64,000 bases of DNA from Macrostomum lignano (Eukaryota), in NCBI GenBank assembly GCA_002269645.1, contig NIVC01001063.1, positions 62,001 to 126,000 of the forward strand, given 5' to 3'. Under the pieces are notes generated by a model. That model had not been told where the DNA came from, ran no database searches, and saw only the letters and a program-made list of their open reading frames with translations. Made by a program: the position numbers and the translations under genes. This document shows positions 25,701-37,360 of the stretch, one piece after another. The stretch's first letter is position 1. Each line of letters begins with the position of its first letter.

Positions 25701-28700
25701 GACACTCCATCCCTGTCACTCCATCCTTGTCACTCTATCCCTGTCACTCTATCCCTGTCATTGCATCCCTGGCACTCTGTCACCGTCACCCAGTCACTGT
25801 CACTCGGCCATCCCAACCCGCAGCCTACCTGTCCCAGAAGAAGTCGCTGGCCGAGCGGCTCCGCCAGGCCCGGGAAAGCCAGGCCGCCGACCTGGAGCGC
25901 CGTCACGCCGCCGCGGTCGGCCGGCTCATCGAACGCGTCGAAACCGGCACCGACACCGGGGACCCGGAGCGGGCGGCCGACGCTCTAGCCGACAAGCTGG
26001 AGGCCCGCGACTCCGCCCTGGCGACGATGCACGAAGACTGCGACGCGCGCGACTGCAACCAGCTGACGGCGCTGCGTGACGACCTTCTGCAGGAGAAGGG
26101 CAGCGGGGAGGCCCAGGTTGAGGAGGAGCTCAACAGGCAGCTCGGGCTCAGCGAGGATGAGGTCGGCAGAATGCTGGACATGCACCGGCGGCAGGTGGAG
26201 AAGTTCAGGAGTGAGTGACCGGAGAATGACCGGAGAGTGACCGGAGAGTGACCGGAGAGTGACGGAGAGTGACCGGAGAGTGACTGGAGAGTGGCCGGAG
26301 AGTGACCGGAGAGTGACTGGAGAGTGACTGGGGGCGGAGATGAACTGGCTGTGTGAGGAGATGAACTGGCTGTGGGAGAAGATGAACTGGCTGTGGGAGG
26401 AGATGAACTGGCTGTGGGAGGAGATGAACTGGCTGTGGGAGGAGATGAACTGGCTGTGGGAGGAGATGAACTGGCTGTGGGAGATGAACTGGCTGGGGGC
26501 GGAGATGAACTGGCTGGGGGCGGAGATGAACTGGCTGTGGGAGGAGATGAACTGGCTGTGGGAGGAGATGAACTGGCTGTGGGAGGAGATGAACTGGCTG
26601 TGGGAGGAGATGAACTGGCTGTGGGAGGAGATGAACTGGCTGTGGGAGGAGATGAACTGGCTGTGGGAGGAGATGAACTGGCTGTGGGAGGAGATGAACT
26701 GGCTGGGGGCGGAGATGAACTGGCTGGGGGCGGAGATGAACTGGCTGTGGGCGGAGATGAACTGGCTGGGGGCAAAGATCAACTCTGACCTATTACACGT
26801 TTAAACATCCTTGACCCCTCTGAACCTCTGTCGCGTCGACCTCCTTGACCCCTGGGCACCTTTTCCAGTATCCTTCTCGACCATTGGCCTGGTTACAAAA
26901 ATATGTTTCGTATGCTCCCTCTTTGACCTCCCTGACCACCTGACCCCGGGCCACAGAGGACAAGCGCAGCGAGCAGCAGCGCAGCCAGCGCAGGCTTGAG
27001 GAGAAGCTCGCCAGCAGGCAGGCGAAATTCGCCGCCGCCCGTCAGGCCCGGGAGGCCGAGCTCGCCGAGGTCAAACGAGGTCAGGACGTGGTGTTGCACA
27101 AGGCCCTGGCGCTGCAGGCGGACATTGACGAGCAGGCGCGCAAGCAGATTGTCGAGGAGCACGAGAGGCAGCTGCTGGCGCTGGGGAACAGCCTGCAGCT
27201 GAGCCGGCTGAGGCAGGAGAAGGTGAGCGCTGACTGAGGGAATTCCCAGTCTCATGAAAAATGTCCCGATTCTTAAAATATCCCAAAGCATAAAATATCC
27301 CATAAAGCGAATATCCCCATTATGGAAAAGTCCAATTTAGAAAAACGCACATCCTATGGAATATCTCTATCTTAGAGAATATCCCATCCTATAGAATATC
27401 CCATCCTATAGAATATCCTATCCTATAGAATATCCCATCCTATAGAATATCCTATCCTATAGAATATCCCATCCTATAGAATACCCCAACCTATAGAATA
27501 CCCCAACCTATAGAATACCCAACCTATAGAATACCCCAATCTATAGAATACCCCATCCTATAGAATACCCCAACCTATAGAATACCCCAACCTATAGAAT
27601 ACCACAACCTATAGAATACTCCAACCTATAGAATACCCCAATCTATAGAATGCCCCAACCCATAGAATACCCCAACCTGTAGAATACCCCAACCTATAGA
27701 ATACCCCAACCTATAGAATACCCCAACCTAAAGAATACCCCAACCTATAGAATACCCCATCCTATAGAATACCCCAACCTATAGAATACCCCAATCTATA
27801 GAATGCCCCAACCTATCGAATACCCCAACCTATAGAATACCCCAACCTATAGAATACCCCAACCTATAGAATACCCCATCCTATAGAATACCCCATCCTC
27901 TGCTCCTGTACAAACGCCCCCACATTCCCCAACCGCAGGGCCTGGAGGCGAAGCTGGCCGCCCGCCGAGCCGCCATGTCGCGTCTCCAGCGGGACACCCG
28001 CGAGGAGAAGCTGCTGTTGGACGAGCAGAAGGCCGGCGGCCCAGAGGCGGCCAAGCTGGAGGCCCGGCTGGCCGCCCGCATGGAGGAGGAGAAGCGCCGC
28101 CTGTACGAAGAGAGCCGTCTGGGCCGGCAGCGGCTGCGGGAAAACCTCGCCGCCGAGACGGCCGCCGCGCTTAAAGAGCAGGAAGCCCGCCTGGGGGAGG
28201 CCATCGGAAGGCTGCAGACGGGCCAGGCGCGCCGACGTGGCCTCATCGACCGCCAGGAGAAGGTGGTGCGCGAGCTGGAGGCCCAGCTGGAGGCGAGGCT
28301 GGCCGAGGATGGCGACGGTGGCGGACGCGATGACGGAGACATGCGTGGCTTGGACCAGATTTTGCAGAGCTACCGCAACCAGGTGAGCCCACCTGCACCT
28401 GCCTCCTCACTCCCTTACCTGCATTCACCTCCTCACTCCCTCACCTGCACCCACCTCATCACTCCCTCACCTGCACCCACCTTACTCACCTGCACCCACC
28501 TACTCACCTGCACCCACCTCCTCACTCCCTCACCTGCACCCACCTCCTCACTCCCTCACCTGCACCACCTCCTCACCTGCACCCACCTACTCACCTGCAC
28601 CCACCTACTCACTCCCTCACCTGCACCCACCTCCTCACTCCCTCACCTGCACCCACCTACTCACCTGCACCCACCTACTCACCTGCACCCACCTACTCAC

Positions 28701-31700
28701 CTGCACCCACCTCCTCACTCCCTCACCTGCACCCACCTCCTCACTCCCTCACCTGCACCCACCTCCTCACTCCCTCACCTGCACCCACCTCCTCGCTCCC
28801 TCACCTGCACCCACCTCCTCACTCCCTCACCTGCACCCACCTCCTCACTCCCTCACCTGCACCCACCTCCTCACTCCCTCCCCTGCACCCACCTCCTCAC
28901 TCCCTTACCTGCACCCACCTCCTCACTCCCTCACCTGCACCCACCTCATCACTCCCTCACCTGCACCCACCTTACTCACCTGCACCCACCTACTCACCTG
29001 CACCCACCTACTCACCTGCACCCACCTACTCACCTGCACCCACCTACTCACCTGCACCCACCTCCCCACTCTTCTCTCACCTAACACCCAGATGGCGAAC
29101 CTGTCAGACCAAATGGACCGGGAGAAGCGGCAGCAGGAGATGCTGCTCAAAGAGAGGCTACAGCGGCGCAAGCTCGAACGCGAGGAGGAGGTGAAGCAGA
29201 CGGTGGACAAGGAGGAGCAGGAGGCGACCAGGGCGCTGGACAGCAGCGGGCACGGGTGAGTTTGAGTAGCGAAACATGAAAATGCGAAACATACTGCTAT
29301 TCAGTAGGAATTTAAGCAACCAGTTGTATGAATTTATGATTGACATCAAAAGTCACACAGCACAATGAACTGATCACTCTCATGCATGCAAACTTCTGTT
29401 GTCAATTGTTTCAGCTCAAGAAGGTGAGCTGTTCCTGCTCTGCTCTTGTCTTGCAGCACCATTCAAGCACAATGCCTGATGCATATTGTGCGAGCGCTAA
29501 GAGTTTGATGCTATTTGAAAAGCAAATAATCAATAATTTGTTGTCGATATTTGCATTTTTATTGTACGCTTGATTTCTATGAAACCGTCTTACTACTGGA
29601 CAGATACGGTGTCCGCTGTTACCTGTTATCGGACAGGGGTGTCACAGGGGGGTCACCACTTAGACAGGGGTGGGTGTAACCTTTTCAACTGGGGTAGGAC
29701 CGTTGGGTGTCTCCATTCGGTAGGACCGGGGGTGTCACCTGTTAGACAGGAGTGGCTGTTAGTTAGACAGGGGTATCACCTGTTAGACAGGGGTATCACC
29801 TGTTAGACAGGGGTGGCTGTCCCCTGTTCTCATCACCGCAGTTAGTCACAACTCCAGGTCACAGGTCATACACCAGCTAAATACAAGCTTTCCAGAGAAT
29901 TCTAATAAAAATCAATTTTTGCAGTCCCTCAATCAAGGCCAGGTGAGATGAGACGCCAATTACTTTAGGAGCCCAATGCAACTCTCATTTATCCAAAGGC
30001 TGTTTTAATTTGCCATTTTTATCTTCGTCCATCTTACTTACTGGTGTTCTGTCCGCAAACTCTGGTGATGCACAATGCAACGCCTGAGATTCTTATCAGC
30101 ACAAACTCCGGAGTTGAAAATATAAAAGTACATTTCATTTCATTGAATGAATGCAGTCTAAAGCTTTGCCATCAAATTTTCTAAATATTTTATGCATCTT
30201 GATTGCCGTATTCTTTTCTTAGATTGATTAAAAGATCAACAGCTTCAATGCTCAATAACCAATCCGCTCATACTCCTATTATTTCTATTGCTAAAGCACT
30301 GAATTTCATTCCCATTCTACTCTCCCAGCTCTGTTTTACTGCTCCTTCTTATATACGCGTTCTGCCCTACTACTAGTAGAAAGCAACGCTTTCGGCAGGT
30401 AATTTGTTGTTTTTTAATCTCGAAATTTTCCAGCCAAATCGCGCGCTACGTGCTGGAGCTGTCGCTGGACGCGAAGTTTCGCAACTCGATGATGTCGATG
30501 GAGGAAGAGATGCGGCTGGAGATGAAGCGCCAGCAAGAGCAGCTGGATAGGGAGATGGAGGCCGACCTGCAGAAGTCGCTGGAGGTGAGGGTTAGGGATT
30601 AAAAACCTGCTAGCAAGACTGATACTTTCAGATACTCGTACTTTCGAAATGAATAAAGTAATGTACTATACATTCCTCATCGGGTACATTCCTCATCGGG
30701 TACATTCCTCATCGGGTACATTCCTCATCGGGTACATTCCTCATCGGGTACATTCCTCATCGGGTACATTCCTCATCGGGTACATTCCTCATCGGGTACA
30801 TTCCTCATCGGGTACATTCCTCATCGGGTACATTCCTCATCGGGTACATTCCTCATCGAGTACATTCCTCATCGAGTACATTCCTCATCGGGTACATTCC
30901 TCATCGGGTACATTCCTCATCGGGTACATTCCGCATCGGGTACATTCCTCATCGGGTACATTCCTCATCGGGTACATTCCTCATCGGGTACATTCCGCAT
31001 CGGGTACATTCCTCATCGGGTACATTCCTCATCGGGTACATTCCGCATCGGGTACATTCCTCATCGGGTACATTCCTCATCGGGTACATTCCTCATCGGG
31101 TACATTCCTCATCGGGTACATTCCTCATCGGGTACATTCCACACCCAGCACATTCCACACTCAGCACATTCCACACTCAGCACATTCCACACTCAGCACA
31201 TTCCACACTCAGCACATTCCACACTCAGCACATTCCACACTCAGCACATTCCACACTCAGCACATTCCACACTCAGCACATTCCACACTCAGCACATTCC
31301 ACACTCAGCACATTCCACACTCAGCACATTCCACACTCAGCACATTCCACACTCAGGACATTCCACATCCCCGCAGGACCAGCGCAAGCGCCTCTTCGGC
31401 GACCTGGCCCGCCTGACAAGCATCCCGAAGTCTGAGATGCAGGACATGGTGGACCGGGCGGGGACCACAGCCGGCGTCGGCAGGAAGCTGACCCGCCAGG
31501 TGTCCCGTGACATCACAGATGGAGCCGCGGCCGCCGCTGAAGACGCCGGGCGCAAGAAAGCGAGCCGCGCCAAAAAGCAGAAGGCCAAGCAGCCGCGCGT
31601 CACTCGCGAAGACTTTGATGAAGAGGAAGAATACCGAGGCGGCTCGAGGGGCAGAGCGGGTGAGTCGGAGCAGCTCGTTGAGGCACTCCCAGTCCTGTAG

Positions 31701-32168
31701 TTGAGGCACTCCCAGTCCTGTAGTTGAGGCTCTCCCAGTCCTGTAGTTGAGGCACTCCCAGTCCTGCAGTTGAGGCACTCCCAGTCCTGTAGTTGAGGCA
31801 CTCCCAGTCCTGTAGTTGAGGCACTCCCAGTCGTGTAGTTGAGGCGCTCCCAGTCCTGTAGTTGAGGCACTCCCAGTCCTGTAGTTGAGGCACTCCCAGT
31901 CCTGTAGTTGAGGCACTCCCAGTCCTGTAGTTGAGGCACTCCCAGTCCTGTAGTTGAGGCACTCCCAGTCCTGTAGTTGAGGCGCTATTAGTCCTGCAGT
32001 TGAGGCACTCTTTGCCTCAGCATCTCTGGCCGAAGCCAAACCAAAACCAATGCTCCATCAGTTTTCTGACCCCCGGTTTCCCGTCCGGATTTTGCAGCGC
32101 GTCCAGCGAGCTCGAAGCAGCCAAAGGGCCGGCAGTACCAAGACGACTTCGAGGACGAAGATTACTGA
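19784..32168 (+). CDS. About 1002-aa N-terminal-TM, long coiled-coil protein (EVC/EVC2-limbin-like, tentative); 13 exons: 19784-19927, 20274-20348, 20436-20501, 22408-22640, 23203-23653, 24581-24854, 25824-26210, 26957-27222, 27939-28382, 29092-29255, 30434-30584, 31377-31659, 32098-32168
   Basis: All junctions are GT-AG with matching phases, and the total of 3009 nt is in frame. TM segment AVGLIIGLIIGFLLTFILLWIC. Repeated helical motifs such as GDIDEDTRRRLLAEH and ADIDEQARKQIVEEH recall EVC2-like repeats. Gene model is solid; family assignment is weak. Confidence 0.72.
21693..22367. mobile_element. hAT (Charlie-like) MITE with GA-rich core and perfect 8-bp TSD
   Basis: TIRs CAGGGGCCGGCAAA...TTTGCCCACCCCTG. 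TSD GTCTAAGG at 21685-21692 and 22368-22375. Confidence 0.9.
22905..23160. repeat. 20-bp intronic minisatellite ATAAGATTGGGGTGTCCGGT
   Basis: Tandem array before the exon at 23203. Confidence 0.9.
23780..24515. repeat. 21-bp intronic minisatellite GGTTACAGGCTACAGACTATA
   Basis: Tandem array within intron 23654-24580. Confidence 0.92.
24925..25800. repeat. 14-bp intronic minisatellite TCCATCCCTGTCAC
   Basis: Tandem array within intron 24855-25823. Confidence 0.92.
26212..26775. repeat. Two abutting intronic arrays: GGAGAGTGACC-type, then 21-bp GGAGATGAACTGGCTGTGGGA
   Basis: Begins immediately after the donor GTGAGTGACC. Confidence 0.92.
27370..27900. repeat. 17-bp intronic minisatellite CCTATAGAATACCCCAA
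   Basis: Tandem array within intron 27223-27938. Confidence 0.92.
28388..29080. repeat. C-rich intronic minisatellite CACCTGCACCCACCT(CCTCACTCCCT)
   Basis: Fills intron 28383-29091 almost completely. Confidence 0.92.
30665..31365. repeat. Two consecutive 16-bp arrays: ACATTCCTCATCGGGT, then CACATTCCACACTCAG
   Basis: Unit switch at about 31135; both units share the ACATTCC core. Confidence 0.93.
31675..32010. repeat. 23-bp intronic minisatellite GTTGAGGCACTCCCAGTCCTGTA
   Basis: Tandem array within the last intron 31660-32097. Confidence 0.93.
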
Positions 32169-32377
32169 CCCGGCTGACTCTGGCTGGCCGCTTTCGGAGT
32201 ATATTTTCATTCAAGCCATAATTGCAGCCCCGAGGCAAAATACAGTGTCTTTTCACAATGCATATTTTTTGTTTTTTAAAGCAGCAATGTGTGTGGTTAC
32301 GAATGCACAAGAGTTTATTTTGGAATTCGACAGAGTTTAAATGTTTTGCATCATAGATCTTTTACGAAGGCTGCTCC

Positions 32378-33210
32378 CTTTCTAGCGGCCCTAGCAACCC
32401 TGCTTCTTTCTAGCGGCCCTAGCAACCCTGCTTCTTTCTAGCGGCCCTAGCAACCCTGCTTCTTTCTAGCGGCCCTAGCAACCCTTGTGCTCTTTTACCT
32501 TGGGGTTGCGATAGGGGCCTCGCGGCCTATTCGCGGCGCCTGCGCCCCCCGTCAGTAGTAAGTAGTAAGTAAGTAAGTAGCAACCCTGCTTCTTTCTAGC
32601 GACCTTAGCAACCCTGCTTCTTTCTAGCGGCTCTAGCAACCCTGCTTCTTTCTAGCGTCCTTAGCAACCCTGCTTCTTTCTAGCGTCCTTAGCAAAAATG
32701 CTACCCTCTAGCGTCAATAGCAACTATATTTTTTCTAGCGTCCTTAGCAACCACATTTTTCCTAGCGTCCCTAACAGCAAGAAATTTTCCAGTGTCTCTA
32801 GCAACCATGTTTTTTCTAGCGTCACTAGCAACCATGTTACCCTCAAGCGGCCCTAGCAACCATGCTTGCTTCTTTTTAGCAGTCCTAGCAACCCTGCTTG
32901 CTTCTTTCTAGCGTCCCTAGAAACCATGTTACCCTCAAGCGGCCCTAGCAACCATGCTTGCTTCTTTTTAGCAGTCCTAGCAACCCTGCTTGCTTCTTTC
33001 TAGCGTCCCTAGAAACCATGTTACCCTCAAGCGGCCCTAGCAACCATGCTCGCTTCTTTTTAGCAGTCCTAGCAACCCTGCTTGCTTCTTTCTAGCGTCC
33101 CTAGAAACCATGTTACCCTCTAGCGTCAATAGCAACCATATTTTTTCCAGCGTCCCTAGCAACCATATTTTTTTCTAGCGGCCTTAGAAACCATGCTTTT
33201 TTCTAGCATC
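32378..33210. repeat. CTAGCAACC-based degenerate tandem array (about 28-bp and longer higher-order units)
   Basis: CTAGCAACCCTGCTTCTTTCTAGCGGCC units, interrupted at 32500-32580 by a GC hairpin and (AGTA)n. Confidence 0.85.
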
Positions 33211-34499
33211 CCAAGCAATATTCCTTCCTTTTCGCACTGTTCTTCACCCGCAGAATCTTGTTAAACTCATATTTGCGGTCGCGCACCAATTGTCAGATTT
33301 TTCCCAGCTTCAGTCAGATTTTTATTTGCTCCAATCATAAACCAATCACAGGAAACAATCTATTTTGTTATTGACACCAATAATAATTATTAGTGTATTT
33401 TGGCCAGGCCAAACAGAGCCTAATTTTCTTCTTCAAATTCAGTCAGTTTTTTCTCTGAAAATGATAATTTTCTGTATTCACATTGGATGCCTTGGAGGGC
33501 CTCATTGCTGCTGATTTTCTCTGTAAATTTGCTCTGTATTCTCTTCATAGAAAATTGTGCTCACAGAGACCTGCAAGCTTGACTGTGAAACCGACACTCA
33601 ACGCGTACACAGTGCAATACTGTAATTATTATATATAGAATGATTTTTTATATTCTTATCTTATTGAACAAGATTGAGTCACTTCAATATTTAAAACAAT
33701 AACTTTACAGGGCTTCTATTGTCTTGGTTCTTTTCGTGTACACAGGGATTGATCTGCAGGAAACTGCAGCGAGTTGCATGTACAGTTTTTGTACAATTAC
33801 TCATCAGATAAGATTTGAGCCCGAGTCTCAATAGAATCAGATAATAGAGAGGCTAATGGGAAGAGTGGGAATAGAGAGACAGGCTAGTGGGAAGAGTGGG
33901 AATAGAGAGGCTAATGGGAAGAGTGGGAATTAGAGGGACTAATGGGAAGAGTTAGAATAGAGTCTAATGGGAAGAGTGGGAATTGAGAGGCTAATGGGAA
34001 GAGTTAGAATAGAGGCTAATGGGAAGAGCAGAGAGAGTAATTGGAAGAGTGGGGAATTACGAAGTGGGAGAGAGTTATCGCGATAATATTGATACGCGGT
34101 CAAAAGTCATTTGTTAGACGTCATATCTTTTAAATGAAACGAAGACGCACTTGCTTTTACTTGCAGTTGTAGCCATGCGACTTTGGGTTCATGCTTTAAG
34201 TTTAGCATATCTTTTTTAGAACTTGAAGTTGATTAACATTTGATTCTAATATAAGCTACAGCCTTAGCAATCTAGCATTAACCTGAATCAAGAAGTTGGC
34301 TGACCAAAGGTTAGCGGTTCTATTTTGTTTTCACGTCGCCTGTGGCGAGGTGCTGTGAGTCTGCAACCAACGATGAGTCAGCCCCCCACCACCCCATTAT
34401 TTTTACATCTTTTCATAGTTTTCCGCCACGTTTCTGGTTCTAATTTGAGTCATAATAGCCAAGGCTAAGTGAATGACAAACCCCATATTAGTTTCGCAT

Positions 34500-34665
34500 C
34501 TCTCGCTTTGGTCTCAAAGCCTCAGTCTACCATGGAGAGAAGAGAGAAAAGAGAATGGAGATGAGAAAAGAAATAAACGTTGAGCGGATGAGCTATTGTG
34601 AAGTTTCAAAGAACCCCTAAGGTCAGATAGAGAGGCTTTGCAGGCTGGGAGTTTTCCGACCCCTG
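34500..34665. mobile_element. Truncated third copy of the hAT MITE family
   Basis: Ends GCAGGCTGGGAGTTTTCCGACCCCTG followed by GTGTAGAC, after a short GA-rich stretch. Confidence 0.6.
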
Positions 34666-36389
34666 GTGTAGACTGAACACCTGCAGCAGCCTATAGCTGG
34701 CTGGAATGGGGTTTGAGCAAGAGTTCTCTCTGAGCCTCCTTCACCCTACCTGCCAACTGCTCTGCCAGCCCCTCCCAGCGCGAGCTGCAACCTGTCGGAG
34801 CACGCTGTGTGCGCCCTGCTGAATGCCAAGACAAGCTACAGAGCCCCACATTAGCGCCCAACCTCAGCCACTGCTGAAGTATGTATAAGATATAAGAATC
34901 GTATATAAAACAGAATTGTTTTCGTTTCTGACTGCCCCTTTCTGTCTTTCTTTCCACGTTTTCTTGCCTACAAGACAGCCTTGTGGTTAAGGACTAAAAT
35001 GTCTGTATAGCGATATGCATTAAGTAAGTCTAAGATTTGATTTCAGAAAGAAACAGCATCAAGGTAAGTCTGGCATCAAGAGCTATCTTTATCTGTTCAA
35101 AATTGTTCAACTTTGGCTCGCTTTCGAGTAAGTTTTTCAAATTAATAGCAATAATTATTTTGTCCATAAATTATTGAGCTAGAGCTATATTGTTATTTGC
35201 CGATCAAAATATATGCCAAATCATATTATCTGAAACAACAGACAGAGACATTCCATAAAATGCTCTAGATAAATTAGGTTATCGCTCGAATAATAACTAT
35301 GCTTGGTTTGTCTACATCTATACCACAGAATGGAATGGCTATTATGTTTTGTTATTCGTTGCTGCATTCCACCTGTGGCCTTTCATTGTGCTCTCGAGCT
35401 TCCATTCTCTTAGTTTCCTCAGCCTTATATATGTCTATGCTGTGAATTTAACTACGCCTCACACAAGAGGCACTCCTAGAAATATTGCCAGGTGATACCC
35501 GAGAATCGCATTCACTGCGCAGTCTCCGGCAGCGGTGGAGGGGGTTGCTTAGGGGGGGTTAGAATGGGGCCACTTTGAAGTATAGAGAACAGCTTGCTGT
35601 TGTCCACGCTCGCCCTTCGTGCTACGTGCTGTCAGGTGAACCAGTGCGCTTGGTCTACGGTATTCGTAGTACTGCACTTGGTGGGGCCGTTCCAGATGAA
35701 CGTCTTGGAAATGAGCGCATTTGCAGCGCTTACATTATCGTTCCTCTCTGACGACTGTGAAGATTGCTTGTTCAGATTCCAATTTGTCATTAAGATAGGC
35801 GCAGACCTTCTCTGGCTGGTCAATTTCCGGACGGCGACTGCTGGCCTTCTCGATACCGTCTTTTATGCAGTAGTGAAAAGCTGCACCATTCAGACTGGAT
35901 CTCAACGAACAGGATAGGGAAGAACAGGTGGGTCAGGTAAGTGGGGCAGGATACGTCGGTAAGGAGTAGTAGTAGTTTAATACGAGTATGAGGGGGTGAG
36001 CTCCATCTTATTGCTCGGCGCATTCGCGCACTCGCGAGTCGACTCACCCCCTTATATAAAACTATTATTATTACCAGGAGGTCATATTTACTGTGGCGCC
36101 GCTTGGCGGGGCCCATTAACTATCTCTGACTCGCGTTGCGTATCTGCGTACTTAATATCTAGTGTACTCATTACCAATGTACTTAGTGTGCGCGCGGCAC
36201 GTTGCATCTTTCTATCTATATGCTAAAGCTTGAAGTTGGATCGCTCTGTACTCGAGATGTAGGCGGCATGTTGCCGTCGGTTGTTGTCAAGTTAATATAA
36301 AGGCCGGTTTGGCTATCAGTTGAAGTCTCGTATATTCTGTGCTCAGCTAAGAGCTATCTCAAATAGAAAAGAGTCCTACTTATTGCTAC

Positions 36390-37360
36390 GACACGACATT
36401 TACAATGGGGAGTTGTGTGTGAAAGTAAAATATCTGGAGAGAAAGGAGACCTGTAATTTTTTGGAGGGGTTGAACACCGAGGGTGAGAGCATGAGGGGAC
36501 ATTGGCTTGTGGTATATTTCACAGGCAACAGGTTGAGAGCATGAGGGGACATTGGCTTGTGGTATATTTCACAGGCAACAGGTTGAGAGCATGAGGGGAC
36601 ATTGGCTTGTGGTATATTTCACAGGCAACAGGTTGAGAGCATGAGGGGACATTGGCTTGTGGTATATTTCACAGGCAACAGGTTGAGAGCATGAGGGGAC
36701 ATTGGCTTGTGGTATATTTCACAGGCAACAGGTTGAGAGCATGAGGGGACATTGGCTTGTGGTATATTTCACAGGCAACAGGTTGAGAGCATGAGGGGAC
36801 ATTGGCTTGTGGTATATTTCACAGGCAACAGGTTGAGAGCATGAGGGGACATTGGCTTGTGGTATATTTCACAGGCAACAGGTTGAGAGCATGAGGGGAC
36901 ATTGGCTTGTGGTATATTTCACAGGCAACAGGTTGAGAGCATGAGGGGACATTGGCTTGTGGTATATTTCACAGGCAACAGGTTGAGAGCATGAGGGGAC
37001 ATTGGTTTGTGGTATATTTCACAGGCAACAGGTTGAGGTTTGGCATATTTCTTCTCAGAATTTCCTCTCTGAGGAAACCATTTCTACTTGACATTGTAAT
37101 TGGTATATATAAGAGAAATAATGCTCTCTCAACGTCTTCCTCTGTGAACTTTAGAGGTGAAGTAATAGGTAATTTTTTATATAAATATAATACAATTAGG
37201 TTCAATTCTTCTTCCTTTGACCACGTTTTGTAAAAATCGTAATAACAATTAACTATTTCCCCATTTCTTATGCCCAATAGGGCCACGAATATACGCTCGT
37301 AGGATTGTCTCTAGCAGCGTGATACTCTGACATTCCTGAGGGCTTTCCATCGAGATCGCT
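36390..37360 (-). pseudogene. Disrupted ORF of unknown function (probably viral accessory gene)
   Basis: MESPQECQSITLLETILRAY, then a frameshift, then LLGIRNGEIVNCYYDFYKTW...KYTTNQCPLMLS, the 50-bp array, and PSVFNPSKKLQVSF...* on the far side. Confidence 0.45.
36485..37037. repeat. 50-bp minisatellite, about 11 near-identical copies, expanded inside a minus-strand ORF
   Basis: GAGAGCATGAGGGGACATTGGCTTGTGGTATATTTCACAGGCAACAGGTT at 36485, 36535 and onward. Confidence 0.95.

Noticed and set aside
23965-32039. Repeat ORFs YRLQTIG, MNWLWEE, THLHPP, GYIPHRVHSS and PQLQDWEC
   Set aside because: They lie in introns of the 13-exon gene, bounded by phase-consistent splice sites.
35520-36120. Protein-like minus-strand frame (LNGAAFHYCIKDGIEK...)
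   Set aside because: Internal stop, no ATG and no recognisable motif. It may be a decayed viral ORF but cannot be supported.
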